Source: Berkelbacteria bacterium GW2011_GWE1_39_12 (GTDB taxonomy: Bacteria; Patescibacteriota; UBA1384; UBA12157). Taken from it: a DNA stretch of 64,000 bases. Where the stretch lies: positions 848,298 through 912,297 of the forward strand of contig CP011213.1 of the NCBI GenBank assembly GCA_001029735.1. Reading direction: 5' to 3'. The position numbers were made by a program, and so were the translations under genes. The first letter of the stretch is position 1. Every line of letters begins with the position of its first letter. Under the pieces are notes generated by a model. The model was not told where the DNA came from. It worked only from the letters and a program-made list of their open reading frames with translations, and searched no databases. Positions 53,346 to 62,483 of this stretch are shown one piece after another.

Positions 53346-53407
53346 TATATTAGAGCCTCTAGATATGAAAAATCCCGCCTCTTAAAGAGACGGGGGTAAG
53401 TTCAACA

Positions 53408-53481
53408 TGTCAGCGTTCAGTTGACTGAACCTGTTCAACGCACTTTTTAAGGTGCAATCAGGTTCAGTCATTTTGCTGACA
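53408..53481 (+). other. nested/alternative palindrome cluster (TGTCAGC...GCTGACA outer; GTTCAG-TTGA-CTGAAC; TGACTGAACCTG...CAGGTTCAGTCA; GCAC-ttttt-aag-GTGC)
   Basis: All inverted repeats are perfect. CTGAAC can pair with either of two GTTCAG copies (mutually exclusive helices). Confidence 0.5.
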
Positions 53482-53620
53482 AGATCTATATTAGCACAAA
53501 ACTCAGCATTTGTCAATAGTTTTGGTCGTTTTTATGTTTACTTCTCTTTTTATAATGTTTAAGATAGCATCAATAGACAACCGCTCCTTCACAATTTCAG
53601 TCAGAAAGCGAGGTATAAAT

Positions 53621-55576
53621 ATGGGGGCTTGTAAAATATCTGTTTTTACAATAGATAAACGTGAAAGCCGTATTTTAGATGACGCCATTAACGTTGAACG
53701 GATAGCAAACGGATGGACATTAAGAGTCGCCATAACAGATACCACCGAGGAAATCATTAAAGGCTCTGTCAACGATCAGAAAGCCGAAAGCTTAATTCGA
53801 TCTCATTATTCCTCGTCCCGAGAGTTTCACAAGCACATGTTGCCGACCACTGTTAGTGAGAAGTTAAGTATGACAGAAGGAATGATACGTTCTGCCATTG
53901 TTGTCGATGTTTTTATCGATAAAAAAGGTAAGCTGGGTAAAGCAAAAATCCATCATAGTGAAGTCGAAATCAGACGCAAATTTACTTATGATGAAGTAAA
54001 CTCGATTCTTAGCTCCAGCCATCATGAAGATCCGTATGAAGGAACATTAAGAGAATGTTTTAAGCTTGCCAAATCTCTATTGAAGTACCGCAAAGCACTC
54101 GGCGCAATCACAATCAGTGATCAGTCAGGCTGGACGACAACGGAAGACGGTTTATTGGTAAAAATTTCGCCGGATGAAGTTGAAAGTCCTTCAAAATTGA
54201 TCATCTGTGAAATCAGGGTCGTCGTTAACCAACTAGTGGCTCAGTTCTTGGCAGCAAAGAAGATCCCAGCCCTTTATCGGAATCAAGAAGTTATATCTGG
54301 AGAGACGGATCGAAAACTGATAATCAGGGCGCTGCAAAAGATGGTTTTAAGCGCAGATTGCGCCGAACAACTTGCCAGACCAAACTGGACCGACAGCAGA
54401 TTAGGCATTGCCGTCTACAGTACTGAGCCAAAAGGCCATTTCGCCCTTAATCTTCCGGCCTACATCCATATCAATTCTCCACTTAGAAAATATGCTGATA
54501 TTGTGAACCAACGAATCTTAATGGCGACGATCAAAGGTGATTTGTCACCTTATTCAAAAGAAGAATTGGAGAAGATTGCCGAACGCATTAATAAGATAGA
54601 TCAGACCCGTATTGATGCAAGAAGGCAAATTTTCCATTGTATAGCGGAAGAATCTGCGGGCGAAGCCACAATCTTAAGGTCTAAAACCACCGACTTAGCG
54701 ATAAAGCTTTGCAACGTATTGCCCGAATCCCATACTAATATCCATTCGTGGGGCAACCCAATCTGCCTTGCTAACATTCTTTTATCCGAACCACCGATTC
54801 TCAGGCGGTATAAGTTGATTTTGCTTAAAGAGATCAAGAAGACAAAAGATCTATCCAAACGGATTCTAGCCGAGTGTAACCCGAATCTTTATTTCCAATA
54901 CCAAACCAATAAAGCGGGTAAGATAGTCATAACAGCTCATACCACTTATAAAGACATGAGCTACCAGGCGTCTGGCGTTAATGACGATTTGGCAGAAGCC
55001 ATTAACCTGGCTTGTTACCATCTTCTCTATCTAGTATCTGGTGCCGGCAAAATAGAAACTGATTACATCTCTAATGATCCTGAAACATTCTTCGGTGATC
55101 CGAAAGGACGATTAGAAGCTATTTGTCTTGATCACGGCTGGCCGATTCAATACCAGCTTCTAAAAAAGAGCTGTCAAAATTTCTATTTTCAGGCTAGATT
55201 AGACATCAATGACCATGCATTTTTTTCTGAAGTGCAAGAAGATAGTTCATATGAACTATCGCAGCAAAAAGCTGCTGCAGACTTATTGCACAAGTTAAAT
55301 GACGTTATATTTTTCATGATTAACCCATCCTTCTTGGAAATAGAGGAAGAAAATTACATCGATGCTTTGAACAAACTATCAGGAAACCTCCAAGCTAAGC
55401 TACCGGTGTACGAGATCAAGCTACCGACAAAAGACTCCCCACACTTTACATGCCACATCGAGTTTCAGCCCAATGGAAAGAGGTTTAGAAATACTGGAAC
55501 TGGAAATCGTAAAATATTGGCTAAAAATGCAGCCGCCAAGGCTATTTTAGCCGAATTATTCCCTTATCAATTCTAG
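53621..55576 (+). CDS. RNB-domain 3'-5' exoribonuclease (RNase II/R family) lacking N-terminal CSDs and S1, fused to 2-3 C-terminal dsRNA-binding domains
   Basis: RNB motifs ...FTIDKRESRILDDAI... and ...GHFALNLPAYIHINSPLRKYADIVNQRIL.... C-terminal dsRBD signature ...LPVYEIKLPTKDSPHFTCHIEFQPNGKRFRNTGTGNRKILAKNAAAKAILAEL.... Start at ATG 53621 (GAGGT upstream), not 53510. Confidence 0.75.
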   Translation: MGACKISVFTIDKRESRILDDAINVERIANGWTLRVAITDTTEEIIKGSVNDQKAESLIRSHYSSSREFHKHMLPTTVSEKLSMTEGMIRSAIVVDVFIDKKGKLGKAKIHHSEVEIRRKFTYDEVNSILSSSHHEDPYEGTLRECFKLAKSLLKYRKALGAITISDQSGWTTTEDGLLVKISPDEVESPSKLIICEIRVVVNQLVAQFLAAKKIPALYRNQEVISGETDRKLIIRALQKMVLSADCAEQLARPNWTDSRLGIAVYSTEPKGHFALNLPAYIHINSPLRKYADIVNQRILMATIKGDLSPYSKEELEKIAERINKIDQTRIDARRQIFHCIAEESAGEATILRSKTTDLAIKLCNVLPESHTNIHSWGNPICLANILLSEPPILRRYKLILLKEIKKTKDLSKRILAECNPNLYFQYQTNKAGKIVITAHTTYKDMSYQASGVNDDLAEAINLACYHLLYLVSGAGKIETDYISNDPETFFGDPKGRLEAICLDHGWPIQYQLLKKSCQNFYFQARLDINDHAFFSEVQEDSSYELSQQKAAADLLHKLNDVIFFMINPSFLEIEEENYIDALNKLSGNLQAKLPVYEIKLPTKDSPHFTCHIEFQPNGKRFRNTGTGNRKILAKNAAAKAILAELFPYQF

Positions 55577-55577
55577 A

Positions 55578-55602
55578 GCCACCCTAACAGGTGGCCCTTT
55601 TT
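55578..55602 (+). terminator. intrinsic terminator after the RNB gene (GCCACC-ctaacag-GGTGGC + T5)
   Basis: Perfect 6-bp stem and U-run. Confidence 0.65.
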
Positions 55603-55616
55603 ATTTATTAAAATTA

Positions 55617-55645
55617 TTGCTTTTCGCTTTTTGTTCGGCTAATAT
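55617..55645 (+). promoter_or_regulatory. promoter (TTGCTT-17-TAATAT) of small-ORF-dinB operon with candidate SOS operator TTCGCTTTTTGTTCG (55623-55637) in the spacer
   Basis: Same architecture as the lexA promoter. Confidence 0.5.
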
Positions 55646-55651
55646 TTAATT

Positions 55652-55873
55652 ATGGAACAAATAAAAGTTTTAGCCAAATTTAATCTAGATAAAATCGAAA
55701 TAGCCGCTTTTAGTCGAGCGGGGCGGTCTTATAAAATAACTCGTCAAAACTTCGTTCATCATTTCCGCGAAGGCGACCGAACGATTTTTATTTTCCATGT
55801 TTCCGACGAAGCCAATACTTATCAACTACGTTTCGAGCCAGAAACATTAAAGTGGTTTTTGGTAGAGGACTAA
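55652..55873 (+). CDS. hypothetical small protein (73 aa) co-oriented and adjacent (7-nt gap) upstream of dinB
   Basis: ORF with good periodicity; possible Y-family polymerase accessory (UmuD/YolD-like role is speculative). Confidence 0.45.
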   Translation: MEQIKVLAKFNLDKIEIAAFSRAGRSYKITRQNFVHHFREGDRTIFIFHVSDEANTYQLRFEPETLKWFLVED

Positions 55874-55880
55874 ACAAAAC

Positions 55881-57089
55881 ATGGTTATGCACTTAGATAT
55901 GAACTCATATTTTGCCACCGTGGAGCAGCAATGCGACCCGTTTTTACGCGGTAAACCTATCTGCATTGCCGGCAAAGGCAAAAACGAACGAACAGTTTGC
56001 GCGGCCGCTTCTATCGAAGCAAAGAAGTTTGGCGTTAAAAGCAGCACTAGTGCCTGGGAGGCAAAAGCGCTGTGTCCGGACATTATCTTAGTTCCCCCTG
56101 ATTTCGAAAAATATCAATTTATCAGCCGAAAAGTTTTTGCCATACTCGAAGAATATTCACCAACTATCGAAATTTTTTCGATTGATGAAGCCTTTGCCGA
56201 TTTAAGCCATATCAAGACTTATACCGAAGCCGCTGTTTTAGCCCAAGAAATAAAATTCCGGATTAGAAATGAAATTGGCGAATACTTGAAATGTTCAGTG
56301 GGACTTGCTGAAAACAAACTGCTCGCCAAGCTGGCTTCCGAGATGCAAAAGCCAGATGGTTTAACCATAATCAAAAGACACCATGTCAAAGATATATTAG
56401 ACAAAACACCAATTGAAGAACTCTGCGGGATTGGTTCGCGCCTACAATTAAGACTTAATAGTCTCGGCATTAAAATGGTAGGGGAATTAGGCGCTTACTC
56501 TTTAGAAAATTTAATCCAACTCTTTGGACCTCATTCAGGAAAGCATCTTAAACAAATGGGACAGGGGATTGATTCTTCGCCGATCATATCTTACCGTGAT
56601 TTTCCTGCCGAAAAGTCTTTTGGCCATTCTTATACGCTACCCAAAGATATCAGTGATATTAATGAAGCTAAAAAAGTCTTGCTGAAACTTTCTGAAAAAG
56701 TCGGTCGCCGGATGCGTAAAGCCGGAGTTTTTGGCAAAACCATTCATGTGTATTTGAGATTTTTTGATTTTACAGGTTTTGGTAAACAAGCTTCCGGCGC
56801 TTATCTTCAAAACGGATATGATATTTATCAAGCTGCTTTAAAGATACTCGAAAGCAATCCGTCTAAACGTCCAATCCGCTTAATTGGCGTTTCGGTAAGC
56901 AATCTTAAAAATGCTAGACAAGTTAATCAGGTTTTATTTTTAGACAAACAAAAAGAAGAAAAAGCGCTGAACGCTACTGACAAAATTAATGATCATTTTG
57001 GCGAGTTCACAATTTTTCGTAGCTCGTTAGTCAAAATTAAAGATAGAATTCAAAATATTCCAGACGGAAGAAACAAAAGACTGATGTAA
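55881..57089 (+). CDS. dinB: DNA polymerase IV (Y-family)
   Basis: ...HLDMNSYFATVEQ... palm motif, ...IFSIDEAFADLS... catalytic D/E, little-finger domain; 402 aa. Confidence 0.9.
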   Translation: MVMHLDMNSYFATVEQQCDPFLRGKPICIAGKGKNERTVCAAASIEAKKFGVKSSTSAWEAKALCPDIILVPPDFEKYQFISRKVFAILEEYSPTIEIFSIDEAFADLSHIKTYTEAAVLAQEIKFRIRNEIGEYLKCSVGLAENKLLAKLASEMQKPDGLTIIKRHHVKDILDKTPIEELCGIGSRLQLRLNSLGIKMVGELGAYSLENLIQLFGPHSGKHLKQMGQGIDSSPIISYRDFPAEKSFGHSYTLPKDISDINEAKKVLLKLSEKVGRRMRKAGVFGKTIHVYLRFFDFTGFGKQASGAYLQNGYDIYQAALKILESNPSKRPIRLIGVSVSNLKNARQVNQVLFLDKQKEEKALNATDKINDHFGEFTIFRSSLVKIKDRIQNIPDGRNKRLM

Positions 57090-57095
57090 AAAAAG

Positions 57096-57157
57096 AACCC
57101 CGTCCATATATTGTTTTGAGAGGGACCGTTCTCAAAAGCATGGACGGGGTTTGACGT
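57096..57157 (+). other. nested hairpin downstream of dinB (AACCCCGTCCAT...ATGGACGGGGTT 12-bp outer stem enclosing TTTTGAGAG-ggaccgt-TCTCAAAA)
   Basis: Both stems perfect; weak U-tract after. Terminator or small structured RNA. Confidence 0.45.
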
Positions 57158-57287
57158 GAGGAGGCATGGGACAGAAAAGACTGCAAAAGTATAATAACAC
57201 GCCCTTGCACCAATTGTCAAGAGATAATATACTGGTAGAGAAGATAATTCAGACAAATTTTCTGATTAGAAATTTAAAGGAGACATT

Positions 57288-58286
57288 TTGAACCAAGATA
57301 AACCTATTTTTGTCCCACATGAAGACAGTACGAATAATTCAAGTGATCAAAACAATACACCAGCTGCAGACCCAAACGATAATCAAAGTAATTCAACTTT
57401 CGACCCACCGCTAAGCCCAAGTAATCCAATAGAAAAACCTACTACTTCGCCATCTTCAAATCCTCAAATAAATGATTTAACTGCCGCTCCAAAATTTGAA
57501 GCGAAATCAATTCCTGAAACGCCGGCACCAACACAAGTACCACCAAAACCGGAAGTAACATTGACACAGCCAGTGGATACGAGCAAACCAGCGCCAACGG
57601 CACCAGTATTTAACAAGGAGCCAGATCTCGCATCAACAATGTTTCCGCCAAAAAAAACCTCTGGAACAGGCGTCGCTGTCGCCACTACCGCCATCTTAGC
57701 TGTAGCCTTTGTCGCCATTGGTTTTGCTGGTGGATTTTTTGGCTATAAATATTCGCCAAAATTAGCCAGCTTAATCAAAACTTCAGCCGACTCAAGTAAT
57801 GCCACGACTACAACAGATAACACCCAACCCCAATCAACCAGTGCCACACCGGGCGATGTTTCAGTTTGGCCAATTTACGACAATACTACTTATCTTTACT
57901 CAGTTAAATATCCTGACAATTGGTATAGCCAAAATACCGATGACTCAACGGCTGCAACCGCCACTTTCACTAATTTTGCCCCACAAAGTAAAACCAATAC
58001 TGAAGAAAAAATTGAGGTTTCTGCCCAAAGCGCCAATAGCCAAGATTTAAAAACATGGATTGAAGCACAAAACACTATTTCTCAAAATACGGCTACTTTG
58101 ACAAAGCTGACAATTTCAGGACAAGACGCTTATCAACAAGAAACAGCTGGTGAAAACAAAACTCTGACAACTTTTATTAAACAAGGTGAAAACATTATTT
58201 CCATCATATATTCAGCCGACGCCGGCGTTTACAACGATGGAAAAGCTGTTTACAACACTGTAATCGCTTCATTTAAACTTTCTTGA
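57288..58286 (+). CDS. hypothetical single-pass membrane protein with N-terminal proline/serine-rich disordered region
   Basis: TTG start after AAAGGAGAC; TM helix ~aa 125-150; extracytoplasmic C-domain. TTGCAC-17-TATACT promoter-like hexamers upstream. Confidence 0.5.
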   Translation: MNQDKPIFVPHEDSTNNSSDQNNTPAADPNDNQSNSTFDPPLSPSNPIEKPTTSPSSNPQINDLTAAPKFEAKSIPETPAPTQVPPKPEVTLTQPVDTSKPAPTAPVFNKEPDLASTMFPPKKTSGTGVAVATTAILAVAFVAIGFAGGFFGYKYSPKLASLIKTSADSSNATTTTDNTQPQSTSATPGDVSVWPIYDNTTYLYSVKYPDNWYSQNTDDSTAATATFTNFAPQSKTNTEEKIEVSAQSANSQDLKTWIEAQNTISQNTATLTKLTISGQDAYQQETAGENKTLTTFIKQGENIISIIYSADAGVYNDGKAVYNTVIASFKLS

Positions 58287-58353
58287 TCTACCTTGCAACA
58301 AGTGCAAGGTTTTTCTTGAATTTTAATAGGTTTACAACCTCTAAAATAAAATT

Positions 58354-58788
58354 ATGAAATTAGAATTCTCTGCTGGTGGTATCGTCTACAAAAAACAAGG
58401 GGACGATATTTATTTTGCTGTAATCCTAAATCATGACAAGCAATGGACTTTTCCAAAAGGTCATATTGAGAAAGGCGAGAAACCGGAAGAAGCTGCCATA
58501 AGAGAGGTCGGGGAAGAAATTGGTATCCCTAATTTACAAATCGAAAACTTACTAGAAAAAATTGATTATTGGTTTGTATTTAAAGGGGATAAGATCCATA
58601 AGTTTGTTTATTTCTATCTATTAGAGGCACCCGCTGAGGCAGAACTCATACCTCAACTAGAAGAAGTCGGTGATGCTCAATGGCTTAAGCCAACTGAATT
58701 GTTAGATAGTCTCAAATACAAAGAGGATTTTTCTATTACAAAAAAAGCATTTTCTCTGTTAAAAATAGATTCCATCTTTAATAAATAA
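58354..58788 (+). CDS. NUDIX hydrolase
   Basis: Nudix box ...GHIEKGEKPEEAAIREVGEEIGI...; 144 aa. Confidence 0.8.
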   Translation: MKLEFSAGGIVYKKQGDDIYFAVILNHDKQWTFPKGHIEKGEKPEEAAIREVGEEIGIPNLQIENLLEKIDYWFVFKGDKIHKFVYFYLLEAPAEAELIPQLEEVGDAQWLKPTELLDSLKYKEDFSITKKAFSLLKIDSIFNK

Positions 58789-58909
58789 AAAAATTAGGCT
58801 ACAATATAAATAGATACGATTACAGATCTTAAGGAGGGAAATGCTCGTAAATCGTTCAATTTTAGGTATTAAGCAGGCAATTATTTTGCCTCTCTTTTTG
58901 TAGGAAGAC

Positions 58910-60256
58910 GTGAATAAATTTATCAATTTTCTCAAGGAAAATTCGCAGTTCATCTATTCAGTTATATTAATTATACTGATTCCTATTTTGATAGTCGCAA
59001 ATACGCTTTGGCAGATAAGATCGAGTAACGCAACTCAAGAAGCAGAGCAAGAAAAAAAAGCACTTCTAACTGAAGCAGTTTTAGTTAATTCTATCGATGT
59101 CATTAAACAACCACCAGCATATATTCAAAACCAGATCGATAACATAGCCAAAGAAAATGATGAAATAAAAGAGATAACAATTTTAAATACTAAAAGTGAT
59201 GGATTTGCGGTTTTAGCCTCTACAAATCAGCAGAACTTGGGTTTAACTTTCACATCCGAAGAATATATTAAAGCCTTTGCTCAAGACAAACCGTCTATAA
59301 ATATAATCCAAGATACTTCAAAAACAACTAATGAGCGATTTTTAACGGTGAGTGCGCCGATTAAAAATAGCCTAAGCGCTCAAAAAACTGCTCTCGTTAA
59401 TGTAAAAATCTCTTTATCAGATATTGATACTCTAAACCGTAAAAATTACAGTACAACCTTGGTTTTCTTGGTTGTAACAGTTTTTCTTGTTCTGTTGCTT
59501 CTCATAAACTTTGCACGATTCTTTGAATTTGCAGTTTTGTTTAAAAAATTAAATGAAGTCGATAAAATGAAAGACGATTTCATTTCCATCGCTACTCATG
59601 AAATGAAAACTCCTATGGCAGCAATTAAAGGGTATATTTCCATGATGATGGAAGGGCTAGTTGGAAAATTCGATGATAAAACCAGAGATCATTTACTAAA
59701 AATTAATACTAATATTCAACGACTTGATTTGCTTTTGAGTGAAACTTTAGATGTCTCGCGTTTGGAGCAGGGAAGAATGCAGTTCGATATGCAACCGTAC
59801 GATATTAGCAAGGTAGTTGAGCAATCCATCAAAATGTCACTGGATCAAGCTATCACAAAGGGATTAAAACTAAGTCAAGAAAAGTTGGAACGTATGCCGA
59901 TGACCTTTATTGATCCGGATAGAATTCAACAAGTTGTCGATAACTTGATCGGAAACGCAGTTAAGTATACTCAAAAAGGCAGTGTCACGGTTCTCTATAA
60001 GATGGAAAATGGCCAGCTGCGCGTTATAGTAAAAGATACAGGTATCGGCATGAACGAGGAAGATCGAAAAGGCCTATTTACAAAGTTTTATAGAATTAAA
60101 AATGAAAAAACTGTCGATATTGCTGGTACTGGTTTGGGACTGTGGATTGCTCGAGAAATCGTAAGAAAAATGAATGGAGATATTTTAGTGAATTCTAAAG
60201 AGAATGTTGGTTCAGAGTTTATTATTTCTCTCCCGTATATGAAGGAAAAAGTATGA
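58910..60256 (+). CDS. sensor histidine kinase (two TM helices flanking an extracytoplasmic domain; HisKA + HATPase_c); no cognate response regulator adjacent
   Basis: H-box ...IATHEMKTPMAAIKGY...; G-boxes ...DTGIGMNEE... and ...GTGLGLWIAREIV.... Confidence 0.85.
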   Translation: MNKFINFLKENSQFIYSVILIILIPILIVANTLWQIRSSNATQEAEQEKKALLTEAVLVNSIDVIKQPPAYIQNQIDNIAKENDEIKEITILNTKSDGFAVLASTNQQNLGLTFTSEEYIKAFAQDKPSINIIQDTSKTTNERFLTVSAPIKNSLSAQKTALVNVKISLSDIDTLNRKNYSTTLVFLVVTVFLVLLLLINFARFFEFAVLFKKLNEVDKMKDDFISIATHEMKTPMAAIKGYISMMMEGLVGKFDDKTRDHLLKINTNIQRLDLLLSETLDVSRLEQGRMQFDMQPYDISKVVEQSIKMSLDQAITKGLKLSQEKLERMPMTFIDPDRIQQVVDNLIGNAVKYTQKGSVTVLYKMENGQLRVIVKDTGIGMNEEDRKGLFTKFYRIKNEKTVDIAGTGLGLWIAREIVRKMNGDILVNSKENVGSEFIISLPYMKEKV

Positions 60257-61353
60257 AAAAGACAACCATACTTTTTGTTATCTTATATTTAGTAATTTTC
60301 GTCTCAGTCAGCTGGTGGGCTTATAATAAATATTTTCGTAATACCAGCGCTATTAGCGGCGAGACTCAAACAATTAGTTTTAACAAGAATAAAACTATTT
60401 TTTATACAATTGAGAATAATCTTTATTTGTTAAACTCTGACAATCTGAATAAATCCACCAACCAAATTGGCACTTTAAGATTGCAATCTACTGGTGAAGT
60501 CCAAACGATTAATTTTGATCAAAAGAATGAATTCATTGTTTATAGTAGCATTAACCCCCAGAATGCGTCCGAAATTTGGAAGGTCGATTTAGCTGACAAC
60601 CACTCAGAAAAGATATTCGCCAAAGAAATCCCTGGCTTCGAAAATTACACGAATTTTAGAAGCCCAAAGATGTCAAATACTGAACGTTTTATGGTTTTTA
60701 TCGCTAAACTGTCAGCTAATTCAGGCGTTGATGATATTTTTCTGTGGGATATAGAGCAAAACAGTATTGAAAATTTAACCAAACAAACCATAAAAAGCAA
60801 AATATCTGCCATTTGCTGGTCAGGTTCTGAACAAAAAATTTATTACGCCGCAGAAGATACAACCGGCAGCTTGGTTAGCCTAATGGATTTAAAAGCAATA
60901 AATCAAAATGTCTTTGTAAGCCCTGATAAAATTACCAGGATGGAAGCTACTCGAGATCGCTTAATTCTTTCTCTCCAAGACGCTAATTTAACAACAAATC
61001 TAAGTTATATTTTATATGCTAAGCCTCAAAGTATCATTCCTATTACTGATCTGGCTTCTCCTAAGACACTAGTGAATTTTGATCTTTCTTCAGATTTCAA
61101 AAAAATAATTTATCAGGTTAATGACTCAAACTTAAAAACCAATGATCTTTATTTAGTAAATAGTGATGGCAATAATTTGCTTCAACTATCAACTGACGGC
61201 AAATCGTATTTTGGTGTTTTCTCGCCAGAGAACGATAAGATAGCGTTCTGGAGCAATGGATCCGGTATCTATACCGAGGGCTTAACAAAAGATAACAAAC
61301 AAAAACTGCTAAACGAGAGTAAACTAATCAACAAAATTATTATTTGGAGGTAA
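60253..61353 (+). CDS. secreted/membrane-anchored beta-propeller-like protein (TolB/PD40-like repeats)
   Basis: Signal/TM segment then repeated ...LYLVNSDG.N..QLS... style blades. Pattern-based. Confidence 0.5.
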   Translation: MKKTTILFVILYLVIFVSVSWWAYNKYFRNTSAISGETQTISFNKNKTIFYTIENNLYLLNSDNLNKSTNQIGTLRLQSTGEVQTINFDQKNEFIVYSSINPQNASEIWKVDLADNHSEKIFAKEIPGFENYTNFRSPKMSNTERFMVFIAKLSANSGVDDIFLWDIEQNSIENLTKQTIKSKISAICWSGSEQKIYYAAEDTTGSLVSLMDLKAINQNVFVSPDKITRMEATRDRLILSLQDANLTTNLSYILYAKPQSIIPITDLASPKTLVNFDLSSDFKKIIYQVNDSNLKTNDLYLVNSDGNNLLQLSTDGKSYFGVFSPENDKIAFWSNGSGIYTEGLTKDNKQKLLNESKLINKIIIWR

Positions 61354-61354
61354 A

Positions 61355-62479
61355 GTGGACGAAAAAAAGACCGAACCAGCAAAAAAGAAGAAGAAAATAA
61401 AAGCCTTAACCATCATTTCGATTGCCGCGCTTTGCATAATTTTCGGATTTGGCGGTTTTATTGCCTATAAGAGATATTTCACCAAAGAGAAAATGGCTTC
61501 AATTTTCAGCCCTACAAAAATCAATGTCAGTGAAGATTTAACGGTTCAAAACAAGTTAGACGGCACCAAAGTCTTACAGGAGAAAGCCGATCGCCATCCG
61601 CTAGCCGTAATAATTGAAAATCATCCTGATGCCAGACCGCAAGCCGGCCTGGACAAAGCTTCGATCGTTTACGAAGCCATAACTGAAGGCGGAATTACTC
61701 GTTTTATGGCCATATTCGGACCTTATGATGCGGCAAAAATTGGCCCCGTTAGGTCCGCGAGAACATATTATATTGACTGGTTAAAGGAATTTAATGCCTT
61801 CTATGCTCATGTCGGTGGTAATCTCGACGCTCTAGATAAGATAAAAACCGATGGGATTATGGATCTTGACCAGTTTGGCCTGGGCACTGCAGCTTATTGG
61901 CGTGTACCTAAAGCTGGAATCGCCACCGAACACACAATGTACACTTCAACAGATAAGCTTTATCAGTATGCTTTTAACACTAAAAAATGGTCAAATAGTT
62001 CTGATTATAAATCTTTGACCTTTACGCCAGCCGTGGAATTGGCTGACAGGTCAGCTGGGCAAACAGTTACAATTGATTTTTCTTCGCCTTCATATCTGGT
62101 CAGATGGACATACGACAAAGCAACCAACACGTATCTGCGCGATTTAGACGGAAAAGCTCACAATGATTTGGTATCAGGTAAACAATTAGCGAGTTCTAAT
62201 ATAATTATTCAAGAAGTAGACCGATGGGAAGTTACAACCGCAATCAATGAGAGCGGATACGCCATGAAGACGATTGGAACAGGTAAAGCTTTAATATTCA
62301 GCCAAGGAAAGAAAACAACTGGCACCTGGAGCAAAACAGACCAAACATCGCGAACCATATTTTTAGACAGTACAGGTAAGGAAATAACGTTTATACCTGG
62401 TCAGTTCTGGATTGAGATCACCCCACCTGATGTTTTCTCTGGTATAAAAGTAACCGATTTGGCACCTAGCACCAACTAA
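61355..62479 (+). CDS. DUF3048 (YerB-like) family lipoprotein-like protein
   Basis: ...PLAVIIENHPDARPQAGLDKASIVYEAITEGGITRFMAIF... matches the conserved DUF3048 N-region. Confidence 0.65.
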   Translation: MDEKKTEPAKKKKKIKALTIISIAALCIIFGFGGFIAYKRYFTKEKMASIFSPTKINVSEDLTVQNKLDGTKVLQEKADRHPLAVIIENHPDARPQAGLDKASIVYEAITEGGITRFMAIFGPYDAAKIGPVRSARTYYIDWLKEFNAFYAHVGGNLDALDKIKTDGIMDLDQFGLGTAAYWRVPKAGIATEHTMYTSTDKLYQYAFNTKKWSNSSDYKSLTFTPAVELADRSAGQTVTIDFSSPSYLVRWTYDKATNTYLRDLDGKAHNDLVSGKQLASSNIIIQEVDRWEVTTAINESGYAMKTIGTGKALIFSQGKKTTGTWSKTDQTSRTIFLDSTGKEITFIPGQFWIEITPPDVFSGIKVTDLAPSTN

Positions 62480-62483
62480 TCAC

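Noticed and set aside
53510-53620. Upstream start (53510) for the RNB-domain protein giving a hydrophobic N-terminal peptide
   Set aside because: RNB homology begins at the Met at 53621, which is preceded by GAGGT. The upstream segment has no homology and abuts the palindrome cluster.
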